Below are positions 40,101 through 52,740 of a stretch of DNA of 64,000 bases, in pieces. Origin of the DNA: Felis catus (taxonomy: Eukaryota). The stretch is from the NCBI RefSeq assembly GCF_018350175.1, contig NC_058368.1, forward strand, positions 223,512,001 to 223,576,000. Direction: 5' to 3'. The translations under genes were made by a program, and so were the position numbers. The notes beneath the pieces were generated by a model. It saw only the letters and a program-made list of their open reading frames with translations. It had not been told where the DNA came from and did not search any database. Position 1 is the stretch's first letter. Every line of letters starts with the position of its first letter.

Positions 40101-40265
40101 TTCATATTGTTATTCTTCCTTTTTCCCAAAGATCACATCTCTTTCAGGCCTTTTTACATTGAATACTCTCCAATGGCTTGAAACAGTCATTGTGTGTATA
40201 TTGTGCAGTTTCTATAGCTGTATTCAATGGGAGAGTGCATCAGATGCATATCACTTCACCATCTT
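37200..40265 (-). mobile_element. Highly decayed ancient L1, interrupted by an LTR
   Basis: T-rich L1 phrases (attttatctgatattaatataactat, tctgttgaaaatcagctatcagtctaa, agttctataattttcatt). Confidence 0.6.
38645..39165 (-). mobile_element. ERV1-class solo LTR, internally deleted, 521 bp
   Basis: 8-bp terminal inverted repeats TGATGAGG...CCTCATCA. 4-bp TSD TTAG at 38641-38644 and 39166-39169. Confidence 0.88.
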
Positions 40266-40348
40266 GATTGGAAAGACCAACCCACTGACGTTTAAATTGA
40301 AAGACCATGGATGATACATGAATAGCATATCAATTTGATATTCAATAT

Positions 40349-41014
40349 TGATGAGGTTTTGGGGTGATGGTGGAGTGGTCTGGAGCCGACAGCCAAGAAA
40401 GAATTCTTGAGGATGTTGTTGGTGCAAAAAGGTGATTTTATTAAAGTATGAAGACAGAACCTGTGGTCAGGAAGAGCTGCACTGGGGTCATGATGGGTAA
40501 CTCATCATGTACCCTCAGGTGGGAGAGGTCAGGGATAGAGTAACTCTCTAATGAATTTTGGAAGCAAGTTTCCAGGACCTTTAGGGGCTAGCTGTTGCTG
40601 GGGAAACATCACTTATTACTATTAATAAAACCTCAGTCATGAGACCCTTGAGATGTATATTGGGGGGCGATAAGCTTAGAGTATGATTGCCAGCATATAT
40701 CTTGGGGCAATTGAGATAAAGGAAGTAGATGACAGGATCCTCCAGGTTGGGATAATGTCAAGCCAAACTTCCCTTTTGCCCCTAGCAAAATGTCATCATC
40801 CAGGCAGCTGAGCTCCTAAAGGGAGGTCACTCTGCCAGTTTCAAGAACTTGTCAATGGGCTGTAGGCAGTAAGGGGATGTAATTTTTTTCCTTTGTTGTT
40901 GGGTAACCAAGAATATCTAAGGAATGTCACACACATCCCACCTTGTGTGTGTGTGGGGGGGGGGGGCATGTTAGCCTGTATTTTGCCCTTAGCTTGCCCC
41001 AGGCTCCCTCATCA
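40349..41014 (-). mobile_element. ERV1-class solo LTR of the same family, 666 bp
   Basis: Same termini. 5-bp TSD AATAT at 40344-40348 and 41015-41019. Minus-strand AATAAA near 40437-40442. Confidence 0.88.
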
Positions 41015-41587
41015 AATATGGCTAAATTGAAATTATGAATTCAAAAGAAGGCTGAAATTCTCAAATTAACTGTAAAACCTGCAAGTTATTCGTCTATTAT
41101 AGTTTTTAATTCAGCTCTGTAGATACAAAGTGTGTTTACTTAATATTATGAGATTTCGTGTATAAAATAAGAATAATTGAAAATAATTATATATTTATTC
41201 TAATAAAAAAGGTACAAATACTTATGGAGCATATTCTTTCATATAAGGTAGTAGCTATAAATAAATAAGGATGTGGCATTATTCCAATTTTAAAGTTGAG
41301 TATTTTGAAATAATTTAAGATTGTCTATTTAGAAACTTACCAGTTATAACATCAATAATTTTATGATTTGTATTTAATATCTTTGGCTGTATGCTGTGGC
41401 AAAGTTCTAGATTCCTTTTCCTTGGCTTACCCTATTTAGAATGGATATGTATGCTTAGGGTAATAAGCATATATTACTGAGAAATTATGTGATTGTTACT
41501 AATTAATCTTTACAAATCATCTTTTAAATTATTCACAGAATGCTGAACAAAGGTAGGAATGATCTGCCATTAAAATTTATAAGTTTA

Positions 41588-41805
41588 GGGGTGCCTGGGG
41601 GGCTCAGTCGGTTAAGTGTCCAGCTTTAGCTCTGGTCATGATCTCACGGTTCGTGGGTTCGAGCCCCGTATCAGGCTCTGTGCTGACAACTCAGAGCCTG
41701 GAGCCTACTTGGGATTCTGTGTCTCCCTCTCTCTCTGTCCCTCCCCCACTCACGCTCTGTCTCTCTCTGTCTCCCAAAAACGAGGAAATGTTAAAAAAAT
41801 AAAAA
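41588..41805 (+). mobile_element. Can-SINE (felid type)
   Basis: TSD aatttataag(t/g)tta. Confidence 0.92.
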
Positions 41806-42052
41806 GAATTTATAAGGTTACAATTTTTTCAGCATTTCATGAGTCACGTTTCTGAATAAAAGTGAGAGAATGCTAAAAAAGAGAAGTGGCCCACTTCACC
41901 AGTCCTTTGAAAGAAAAATTTCTTACAGGAGAATCCGCTTTGTAGTAGTGCACGTTTACACATGGTGACACCAAATATGTTAGGATAACCGTTTTATTTA
42001 CTTTATTTACCTATTTTTTTTTAGGTCAACCAACTTTAAAGATACTCTTCCA

Positions 42053-42120
42053 CTTTTGGGATGAGCACTGGGTGTTGTATGGAAACCAATTTGACAATAA
42101 ATTTCATATATTTAAAAAAA
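42053..42120 (+). mobile_element. Extremely 5'-truncated felid L1 (68 bp)
   Basis: gggatgagcactgggtgttgtatggaaaccaatttgacaataaa plus A tail. Perfect 15-bp TSD aaagatactcttcca at 42038-42052 and 42121-42135. Confidence 0.92.
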
Positions 42121-43610
42121 AAAGATACTCTTCCAGGGTACAGTGGAATTCTAATATCAGAAAATTGTTCTTTTAATGTGTGGCATTGTAACGTGCATGC
42201 TGTAGTCATTCTTTATTCATATAGTAAAAACAATGCCACCAGAGCTTAAGGTAATGCTTAACGATCTAGATTCCATACAAGTTTTTCAGATGCAAGAAAT
42301 TCCCAGATTCTTGGTATGTCTTTTTAAATTTGAGAGTTTAAATTTCCAATGTAAACTGCATCTGCTGTGTAAAGCAATTTAAAGCAGAGACTTAGAAACT
42401 TTCTGGTTAATCTTATCTATAATGTCAGACTTCCTGGATAAGTCAGATATCACAGCCTAAGACTTACAAGTCAATCAGTTTTCCCTCAGAATCAACTATA
42501 AATAAATATTTATCTTATGTAAGTTGTCACATTCCCAAGTAAATGCTATTAATGTAAGAAAAAAATATTCATTAGTCATAATAATTATAATTATCAAATT
42601 GATTACAGCTTTTGTAGGCTGGGACCCAGGGTTAATTTTAGAGAATGACTTATTTACTCATCTGGCAAAGTTACTGAAGGAAAGAAACAAGGTCTTTTTA
42701 AAAGCAATTAAATCAGTATTATCCTGGGGGAAAATAAAGTGTATTTAAAGGGTCAAGTTTCAATAAATCAAATGCCCTTTTATTATTCACACCAAGTCTT
42801 GCTTTCTTAAATGTACTTCATCTAATCATTAGCATTTCATGATACAGTCTAAGAAATAATGTGAAAAGGATCACATATGGCATAGGAAATTATAGCACAT
42901 TCAGAAACAGAAATATGAAATAATGACATCTGTATCTCTCTGCCATATAAAATTACATAGTCTTAAAACCAAAATGGATAATTATAGCACCATTTAAAGA
43001 TATATTTGAAACTTGCTAATGAGGTAGACTATAATTTAGAAATTACATATATTAAAGCTAAGGAAAAAAATCCTTTATTGATATATTACAAGTAACTTGG
43101 TGCATAAACTTCAGTAACACATATTGTACCACCTCAGATCTCAGCAAGCCCAAGCTTCCCATCCAGGCACTTAAAACATAATTGTTTCTATGTATTTAAC
43201 TTTTCCAGATAAGACAAAAATCCTACCTTAAAATAATCCCAGGCATCAAAATGCTATACATTCTGTAGTAGAATTGATATAACAAACATTTCATTTAGGG
43301 GGAAAAAAAACCCACCTCTCTCCACACACTTTCAATTTTTTCTGTGAAAGTTACCTAACAGTCACTAAGAATGATCCAGTCTTCAGGATAATAATAAGAA
43401 AAGAAATTTAGGTGTATAAATTATCAACATTTTGCTCTGATAGCAATTAGCTTCTAATGGGAAAAATGACCTTACATTTAAACGATGAGGAGAGACAAAT
43501 TTTGGTGGATCTGAACACTGATTTCTGTATTGTAGAAAATGGTTGGCTCAGTACATATGACTTAGCACTAGAGTCTAAACTGGCAACATCTACAGAACTT
43601 CAGAGTCTCC

Positions 43611-43790
43611 TTTTTCTTTAAGCTTATTTTTTTATTTTCAGAGAGACAGAGAGTGAAAATAGGGGAGGGGCAGAGAGAGAGGGCTCTGTACTGTTAGCAC
43701 ATGGTACTCAAACTCATGAAACTGTGAGATCATGACCTGAGCCGAAATCAAGAGTCAGACACTTAACCAACTGAGCCACTTAGGTCCTCC
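43611..43790 (-). mobile_element. Can-SINE with internal deletions
   Basis: gagatcatgacctgagccgaaatcaagagtcagacacttaacc. Confidence 0.85.
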
Positions 43791-45099
43791 TGAATCTCCT
43801 TCTTTCTAATATGGCCTCCTCTTCATCTAGGGAGCTTTCACTTGCATATTTGTGTAGGTGCTTCTGTGCTCTCTGACTCCCTGATGCTGAAAATATAGAG
43901 AACATTTTGAGAATCAGGGATCCTTTCTCCTGGACCTCTGTTGTAGAGTTCTGTGCAGCGTGAGTGCCATACTCTAGAATAATGAGAGTTTAGGGAATTA
44001 CATGTATTCTGCTACTGTTATAATTGTAAATTTTCTCCCAGTAGACTTTGTATTTCCATGTGATTATAGTAGTGTAAGTGCACTTGAAACAGTGGCAAAT
44101 TAGTAAGCTGATGTTATGGAAGTCTAGAGGGAGAATAAGGCAGCATGCAGGCTCCAGCAGCTGGTATTTTAGCTTTGTAGCCCTAGAAAATGGAGGAAGT
44201 GTACAGTTACAAGAATTTATTAGGATGTTACTAGAATAACATATCTGGCATGAAACCAGAGCTTGCTCTGAAATGGAAAATGGAAAAACTACTTGCCAGT
44301 CAACAGAAGCCAGAGTATAGACATTGACATTAAAAATTGGCATTGAGAACTTTAAAAAATTAGGCAAATAGGAGATTAGATACAATTGAATGCAGAATAC
44401 ATAAATTGGAAGACAGGTCTGAGGAAACTAGACAGAATGCATAAGAAAGGCTAAAGATAAACATACAAACAAACAAAAAAGAGGGATTAAAATACATAGC
44501 AAAGGAAAACAATTTTCTAATGTAAAATAATAGGAGTTTCAGAGGAAGACAGCAAAGAGAATGATGAGACAGTATTAAAAAAACAATAAACTAGACTAAG
44601 TGTTTTCAAGAATAAGTATAGATATTAAAACTTAAACAAATAATCATAAGAAATCTCAAGTGTGTTGGAAAATTTTATCTCATAGGTGTGTTATGGTGAA
44701 ATGTAGAGTTTGAAAAACAAAAAGAAAGGAATTTGATACACCATGGGCTTCTCATCAACAATAATAGAATACCTATGACAGTAGAAAATTGTTCTCAAAA
44801 TTGATGAGAAGATGAAATATAATCATTACTCTAGAAATCTTTAACCTATTAAATTGCATTAAAAATGAGGAAGAGATAAAAATATATGTTAAAACAAAAA
44901 GAATGAGTTAACTGTTCAGAGAACCTCACTGGAAAACTACGTAAGATGTATGTCCTGTATTGCAATCATTCACAACATTCATTCTCACTTGTCTTATTTC
45001 CTTAAAAAAATTCTGTTTGGAATAGAATTTTACTGACCTTTCATTTTCAAGTACTTGATATCTTTCTTACCTGCACTTGTATACTTAATTATATGTTCA

Positions 45100-45950
45100 C
45101 AATTCTGCATTCTGTCCCCACCTTTGACATGCTTTTCTATAAGTAGTAGAAGATATTTTCCCATTGAATTTGGGTTGGCTAATTAATTTGCCTTGATCAA
45201 TGGCATGTGAAAGATTGTGGTTTGAACCACATCTGAGCATAAACCTTAATAAGCTTGTGGTTTAGCTTAATTCTCTTGTTCTTGGCTCCACTCTGATAAG
45301 AACATCATTTAGAAAGAAGCTACTCCTTCAGTCTTATAAGAAAACACTGGAGCTTAATACAGGTGAGTACAGCAGAGCCCAGCAGAATTGTACCAAGCCA
45401 GAGTTGATATATAAAGTGAGAAGAAATAATGTTTGTGATTATAAATTATTGAGATAGAATTCATTAGCGATAGAAAGTGACTAATAAACAAAGTGAGTAT
45501 GCATACTACATTGTATCTCTCTGGAAGCAAGTTTCTGTCAAAACACCGCCACTGCCATCACCATCCCTGCCACCACTACTACAGCAAATTATGTGACATT
45601 GTGTTTGAAGAAGAAAAGCGTATGAAGTGAAGCTTATAGGATGCTTGAAAATGACTGTATTCTGCTTTGGTAACATTTTCATGAGATAATTGATAAGGTA
45701 GAAAAGGTACCTAAAGAATTCATGGCTTCAGAAGAGGTTTTATGAAAGCATGTCTGTAATGTGAGTTGATTGCTATAAGCTGCATTTGATTAGATACTAC
45801 AAGAAAGAGATGAGTACAGAAAAAAAAATATTGGCCTATTTTCTAGTAAACATGAAAAAGATGGAAGACACCAGAAATTTCATGACTTTGAGGGTTGAAA
45901 ATGCAAAGGATTCAGCAAATAAGTTAGCCTCAGAACTTTAGGGGCAGGAA
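45100..45950 (+). mobile_element. Old MaLR LTR plus internal fragment (MLT1-like)
   Basis: ttcccattgaatttgggttggc...ttgccttgatcaatgg...gtgactaata followed by internal-like sequence. Confidence 0.5.
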
Positions 45951-46562
45951 TTCTTGTAATGATTGCACAGAATAATTACTGAATTGCCATGAATGATTGG
46001 CATTCTTTTCCTTTAAAATAGGGCATTTATTTTTTTTTATTATTTTGTCCTTATTTATCCTTAATTGTGTATTGAAAGGTGGTGGGCAAATAATATGTCT
46101 TTCTAATTCAGTGGTCTCTAGATCAAGAAGACACCTGCTCTGGTATGACTGTTTCACATGATTTTGAAATTCAAGCCTGGGTCCATGGTTTAAAGAGATT
46201 TGGGAGTATCAGGAAGCAGATGAAAGGATTTTTATCCATAAGAGGCACACAGATATTTGTGACTGGAGGACGGAATATGAATAGATTGTATTATTTGTTT
46301 ACAATGGTTAATTCTTTTCCTTCTCTCATTATGTTTTGCTGTAGATGGCAAATATGTCCCTGGTGTTTTAATTCTGTACTTTGCCAATGACTTTGGCCAA
46401 CAGAAGATACCATGCTTGAAGAGAAGCTTTAACTTCACTTTAGTGGTTTAATTCTGTGTTCATGATCTTGCCTCCTCCCAAAGGTGGCTTTTTCAGATCA
46501 TATTCTGGAATAAAAATTCATTTGGAATTGAACCTATCCTAGCAGAGTGATAGTTGAATCAG

Positions 46563-46770
46563 TTTCTTTCTTTCTTTCTTTGTTTCTCTCTCCCTCCCTC
46601 CCTCTCTCCTTCCCTAGCTCTCTCCCTTCCTTCCTTCCTTCCTTTCTCCCCCACCCTTCCTCTTTTCTTCCTTTCCTTTTCCTTCATCCCTCCCTCCCTC
46701 TCTTCTCCTTCCTTCCTTCTTTCCTTCCTTCCTTCCTTCCTTCCTTCCTTCCTTCCTTCCTTCCTTCTTT
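46563..46770. repeat. (TTCC)n polypyrimidine tract
   Basis: Visible directly. Confidence 0.92.
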
Positions 46771-46782
46771 ATTTTTCGAGTA

Positions 46783-47412
46783 AAAAAGGAAGGTGGTTTT
46801 TATTAAAGCATGGGACAGGGCATCTGGGCAGAAAGAGCTGCACTGGGATTGTGAGGAATAATTGGTTATATACTTTTGAGTTAGTGGGGCTTAGGTAAGT
46901 CTTTAAGAAATTTGGAAGCAATGGTTCCAGGACCATGAGGTGCTGACAGCTCAGAGGCTGGAGCCTGCTTCAGATTCTGTGTCTCCCTCTCTCTCTGCCC
47001 CTTCCCCACTTGCACTGTCTCTCTCTCTCAAAATAAACAAGCATCATTTTTTTTTTAAAAAAGATTAGATCATTTACTACTGTCTAGTAAAGCATGCCAT
47101 GAGACCCTAAGATATGTATCAGTAGACCATATATTTGGAAGATAAATCGCTAACATAAATATTATGGGGCAGAGATAAAGAAAATTTCCAGAGGGATTTT
47201 GATTTGTTAAAGGAGACTGACTTATAGGATCCTGGAGATTGGGCTAATGTCAAGCCAAGGTTACCTTTTGCATCTAGCAAAGTATTAACATGAAAGCAGG
47301 TGAGTTCCTAGAGGAAAGTCACTCTACCTTTCTCAAGTATTTGTCAATGGGTTGCAAGTTATAAGGAGATTTATTTTTTTTTCTAATTTTTTTTCTTTTG
47401 TTCTCTACATCA
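46783..47412 (-). mobile_element. ERV1-class 3' LTR related to the LTRs at 38645 and 40349, containing a truncated + strand SINE (about 46940-47045)
   Basis: Shares ttttattaaag...agagctgcactggg and catgagaccct blocks with 40349-41014. Right terminus is ...acatca. The left end is unclear because of the TTCC tract. Confidence 0.8.
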
Positions 47413-49830
47413 TTTCCCCCTAAACGATTTTGACCCTTAAATCTTTAAGGTTGCTGAGAGTGGAAGGTCTTATCTTCTGTAACTTCTTCCTGCTGAATAG
47501 GGATGTCAAAATGTCTCTACTTGCGGGTCAACACTGCTCAGTTGGGGACTAATATACAGGAATTATGAAAGGCAAAGGCAGCTGAATCCAAGGAGACAGT
47601 ATATATGGATATCCTGAATAGAAAAGGATCATCTGTTGAATTGAAGTTATGTCAGTAAAGAAGTCTCATGACCAGATGGAGAGACATGGGAGAAAAGAGC
47701 AAAACATAATTAGAATCACATAAGGAAAGCTTCACTCAAATAAGAGTCCTATGATAGTTAACCAAAATCCTCCTCCAGTCCAGGAGTTTAACCAATCATT
47801 AAAGGATAGAGGGATTGTTTAAAGTGCCAATTTGAGTATTCATGCCTTCTAGTAACCCTGTCACATTTCTGTGGTAATCTGGAGTATATACATTACACTC
47901 TTTTAATAAAGCATAGGTTCCTCCTTGAGCTGCAGTCAGGATATTAAGGGCCATTGGGTTTTAGAGGAGTACCTTTTGAATTTGTGGATGACTGCATGTC
48001 GAGCTTAAAGGTGGACATGGTATGTTTGGCTAAAGGCTCTACTGGCAATTTTATATCAATAGAGATAGCTCCTGAGACAAAAAAAAAATGGCTAAGGGAT
48101 AAAACCATCAATAAGCCATCTTTCTTTTATTTCTAAACTTAACAATATCCTAATCACAAGGAATCACTGGCAAGTGGGAGAAGACTTATCTGGGGATTTG
48201 GGCATCCCCAAGTGCATCATCCAATCCAATTATAAGGAAAATGGGTCCATAAGTCCATAGTTAATTCTATAGAGTGGGGTATGCTTCAGCTTTTAAGGAG
48301 TGATTTTATCATTCCAGACATACAGAATTGGTCAAAGTGATAGTTGAGTTATGCAATTGTTGGGGAATCCATCCCATGTCCAGCTATTCAAATAATCATA
48401 TGCCCATGGGTCCTTTTATTATCCCCACAGAATAAAAAGCATGAAGATTCTCTATACATGAGCTATTGGGGCAATTTCTCTGAAGATTACCCCAAGTTGT
48501 CTAGCTAAGGCAAACAATATTCAAAGACAATCAGAACTAGAATTGAACATCCACAAAGGTGTGTTATTGAGGCCTAATTTTTCTCTCTATAATTATCATC
48601 AATTCCAGATATAGTCAAATCAAGACTATTTTGTTTGTAAAACAGGTTCAGTTTCAACATGGCCTAATTATTTGCATAAGTTCAGCAATATAGATCTTTA
48701 AAATTTTGTTTTGCTGGAATTTTTATAAGGAATCTTTACATTGAACTTTTAGTAGCCTCTCTAGACCAGAAGTCAATCCAAATACTTACCCTCAGACATA
48801 CCTACACTACCAATAGATTTGGGTGAATTCCTCTTCTCAAGATCCCCAAAATATTCTGAGGTTCCTGCACCTGCCAGGAAGTGACATTCTTTACTCAGCT
48901 GGTAAGGCTGCTGGGAACTGTATAAGAAAGGTATGAGGCCAACACTTCCAATGGGCTTTATAGCTCCATGTTTCATAAAGTTAACCTTAGGTCCTTAAAG
49001 CTAACTAGTCATATCTGAGTCTATGCATATCTCTTTCAAATATGACATTCAAGTAAAAGCCTTGGTAAAATAACCAGAGTTTCTACTGGTGTCCTTTTAC
49101 AAAGAAAACAGATTCTTATTAAACTTAGGAAAAAGGATTGTCATGAAAGAAAGCATACTCACTGAGACTTTTTGAATTTCAGAGGTTTCAGGCAGGGAGA
49201 AAAGTTAAATGCTTCAGTTTGTTCACAATTGAATACTTTATCACAATTTGTATATCATAGATATCTTAAGAGAAAGTTTCCTTAATCTGGAAGATCAAAC
49301 CTTAGAGAACCAATAAGTGTCACTAAAACTAGAATCATTTTCCTCAATTCATTTAGTCCCATGCTACTAATTCTTAATCAGGTTTAATGTAGCCTTTTAG
49401 TCAGTTCTGGAAATTCTTACCCATTTTAGTTTTAGGATTTTAAAGATATCAAAAACCTGTATTTGTTGAAAGGCCTTTTCATGAATCACCTTGAAGATGA
49501 ATACATTTCTCAAGAGCATCAGAACAGTAATTGTAAATGACAAAATACTCAAAAATTGAATGGTTAAAGATCTGAGAATTCATTATAATGCAATTGACAA
49601 GGAAATTCAGTTATTTCTGTGACATATAATACTTCAAAAATCTGAATATTGAGTGATGACCTTATACCAGAACATAACATACCAAATAAACAAGTCTAAT
49701 TAGTCAAAGAGACTTCGTTTACAATTCAAATATTGGTGAAGTTTGTTAAAACCTTTAGTTTTTAAAACCAGTGCCTAAATAGGATTACGGATAATCCAAG
49801 ACCTGATGAAGACAAAGCATACAAACTGTT
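47413..49830 (-). mobile_element. ERV1 internal region with PPT, decayed env and MER4-group-like non-coding internal sequence
   Basis: Minus-strand purine tract immediately before the LTR (plus-strand tttccccct at 47413-47421). An env TM motif follows. No 5' LTR is seen. Confidence 0.8.
47820..47972 (-). pseudogene. Retroviral env transmembrane subunit remnant (immunosuppressive domain)
   Basis: Manual minus-strand translation of 47972-47877 gives VLL*NPMALNILTAAQGGTYALLKECNVYTPD, a decayed LQNRxALDxLTAxQGGxC...ECCxYIPD motif. Confidence 0.85.
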
Positions 49831-51264
49831 TTGGGTGGGGGGGGGGGGGTTTCTTTATATCCTTATAGTTTATATAAGGATATATCCTTTATATCCTTAT
49901 AGTTTATATAAAGAATATAGGATATTCTTTATATCCTTATAGTTTTCATATAATGCAAGATAGAATTAAATATTTGCTGTTTTGAGTTACTATTTTTGTG
50001 ATTAATCAATACATAAATAGCTGACTTATAAACATACTACATCTGTTATTTTTTAGAATTCTCACTGTGTAATATAGTATATTTTTTTCATATACTTTTC
50101 CCATTTTCTCTGTCCCTCATAAGAATGTACATTTTATACAGATGTTTTGTCTGTTTTTGTTTGCTTCTGTCTGTTTTGTTTACCGTATTTGCAGTACCTG
50201 AAATTACACCAGCATGAGGTAAGTGACATTTACTGAACAAGCTGACAAACCTTGGCTGACCCAAAATTTCGTAGGGGAAAGTACAATTTCATAAATAATG
50301 AAGAACTTTTAAAGAAAAAAATTGGAATCAGGCAGAAAAAAACAGATATCAATATCCATTTGGTTTGACAAATAGATGTAGTGAATTTCACAGAGCACTT
50401 AGGAAGCACACCCATGTGTACCCTGGGACCGGGTATATGTGTATCGTACATTAGAAAATGAAGGCACTGGTGTCGTTGACCATCAACGTTGACCATCATT
50501 GTGAAAGTAGATAAACCGGCATCCTGAAGCTTTACAATTGGACTAAGATTTATATCTTCTTTATGCTTTAAAGGGAAATATGATTGTCTCATGGCATTAG
50601 AAGAAGGAAAGATTCAAAAAGCAAATACACTAAATATAAAATGATCAATGTTACTAGATAAACATTAAATTATTTTAAGCAACAGATATAAACATAGGGA
50701 AATTACAGGTTATCTGGTATTCTAAAAACATTTACAATAATAATTATGCATAAAATAGATTAGAGGTTACAAAAAACTTTTGTATCAAAATGAAGAATGT
50801 TAGGAGCATATGAAATTATTGCAATGAAAGAAAAGATCATCTTTACAGAAATCTGGGGATATACCAACTATAAACGCTCAATTTTCTTTTTAGAACCAGT
50901 TAGAATTTTTAATAGAATAGAAACAGAAATAACGTCAATATAGTAGAAAACGAATGCTTGAAGTTTTGGATGTAAATATATTTTTGTTGAAATAATTAAA
51001 AACAAAAAGAGACACCATGATAATGTGTAAAAGGAGCTATAAGAAATCACCTAAGAGTTCTACAAAACTGAAAATGCTTAATTAAAATCAGTCTTGGAAG
51101 CAATAAATATCAAAAGAGTCAATAATATTGAAAACTGATATAAAAATAATGAAAGTAAGGAAAAGAGAAAAATCTTTTCACAGCACACAAGGAGAGAGAG
51201 ATGTGGGAAGGACAGGGAGTGAAACTATGATGTATAAATATCCCTTGAAAACCAACAAAAAATA

Positions 51265-51475
51265 GGGGTGCCTATGTGGTTCAGGCAGTTGAACATCTGA
51301 CTCTTGATTTGGGCTCAGGTCATGATCTCACATTGTGGGATGAAACCCTGTGTTGGACTCTCTGCTGAGCATGAAGTCTGCTTGGGATCCTTTTTTCTCT
51401 CTCTCCTTCTGCCCCTCTCCCCCAACGGTACGAGTGCTCTCTTTCACTCTCTCTAAAATTAAAAAAAATAATAAA
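51265..51475 (+). mobile_element. Can-SINE (older type)
   Basis: Full body and tail. Confidence 0.88.
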
Positions 51476-52057
51476 CACAAGAAATAAGTGTCTTGAAAGA
51501 AAACTTTTATGATTTCAAAAACAAAGAGGATTCAGATTAAAACATTTCAACAGGTTTTAATATTAGAACAACATCCAAAACTAAACCCATCTTGGCAATA
51601 TTTGTTATAAAGATGACAATAATTAATAAGTTGGGAGTGAAAGAAAAGAGCTCACAGAACAGCATTAAATCAGTGACTAGTTTTCTCTTCTGCTGAACTA
51701 TACACCCATCTCGTCACAGTATATCATGGTGTGAATGTGGATACAGTGGTTGGTTTGGGGGATATTTTTGTATCCCCCAATTGTACGTCAAGTCATTAGC
51801 TACGTCAGCCCTCAACAAAACAAAAATTAGTATAACCATGAAGGATTTTTCTTTTTCAAAAGTTCTTTTCTGCTACAGAATTCAGATAGAATATCCTTCC
51901 ATAGTTGATGACCATTAAAACAACTGAGGCTGTTTTGTCATAGCTCATGTAAATATAACCAAGATTTTTACTATGAGTGTGCTGGGACTGCACAATTATT
52001 AGATGTAATTATATTTTATAAAAGCAGAGCTACATGTAAAATGATAGAATGATTGCT

Positions 52058-52270
52058 TTACTCTTTTTTTTTTATTTTATTTATTTTGAGAGAGAGAGCA
52101 TGCATATGTGTGAGTGGGGAAGAAGCAGAGAGAGAAGGAGAGAGAGAATCCCAAGCAGGCTCCAAGCTGACAGTGTGGAGCCCTAGGTGAGGCACTATCC
52201 CTTGAACAGTGAGATCATGACCTGAGCTGAAGCCTTGATTCAGCACTTGACTAAGCCACCCAAGTGCCCC
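52058..52270 (-). mobile_element. Can-SINE
   Basis: Full body. Flanks aatga(t/c)t. Confidence 0.88.
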
Positions 52271-52335
52271 AATGACTTCTTTATTTACTAAAGAATTTGA
52301 AAAATAAACTCCTGCATTTTAAAAACGTGTTGAGG

Positions 52336-52500
52336 GGGGCGCCTGGGTGGTTCAGTCAGTTGAGTGTCCAACTTTGGCTCAGGTCATGATCTCGCAGTTT
52401 GTGGCTTTGAGCCCCCCATCGACTCAGTGCTGACAGCTCAGAGTCTGCCCCTTCACCACTTGTACTCTGTCTCTCTCTCAAAAGTAAATATTAAAAATAT
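52336..52500 (+). mobile_element. Can-SINE with an internal deletion
   Basis: Jumps from gctcagag directly to tctgcccct. Confidence 0.88.
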
Positions 52501-52508
52501 TTATTGAA

Positions 52509-52674
52509 GGGTGCCTGGGTGGCTCAGTCAGTTAAATGTCCAGTTCTCGATTTTGTCTCCAGTCATAATATCATGGTTTGTGAGATAAAGCCCCACGATG
52601 GGATCTGGGTCGATGGCAGGGAGCCTACTTGGCTTGGGATTCTCTCTCTCCCTTTCTCCCTGCCCTTCCATGGT

Positions 52675-52717
<43 letters not shown>

Positions 52718-52740
52718 ATAACTAAACTTAAAAAATCAAA
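52509..52740 (+). mobile_element. Can-SINE with a long (CT)n
   Basis: Full body. Confidence 0.88.

Noticed and set aside
38645..41014. Two same-orientation LTRs as the ends of one small provirus
   Set aside because: Each LTR has its own TSD, they differ structurally, and the spacer looks like old L1 with no PBS or PPT.
47820..47972. Functional syncytin-like env gene
   Set aside because: There is an in-frame stop in the ISD, cysteines are lost, and no long ORF exists, so this copy is non-coding.
49853..49945. Repeat-spacer pattern superficially like a CRISPR array
   Set aside because: There are only three units, the spacers are copies of the repeat itself, the context is mammalian, and no cas genes are present.
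50230..50592. 120-aa minus-strand ORF in a mildly CpG-rich patch with a cgttgaccatca duplication
   Set aside because: No recognisable domain, splice structure or retrocopy hallmarks. It is consistent with a chance ORF.
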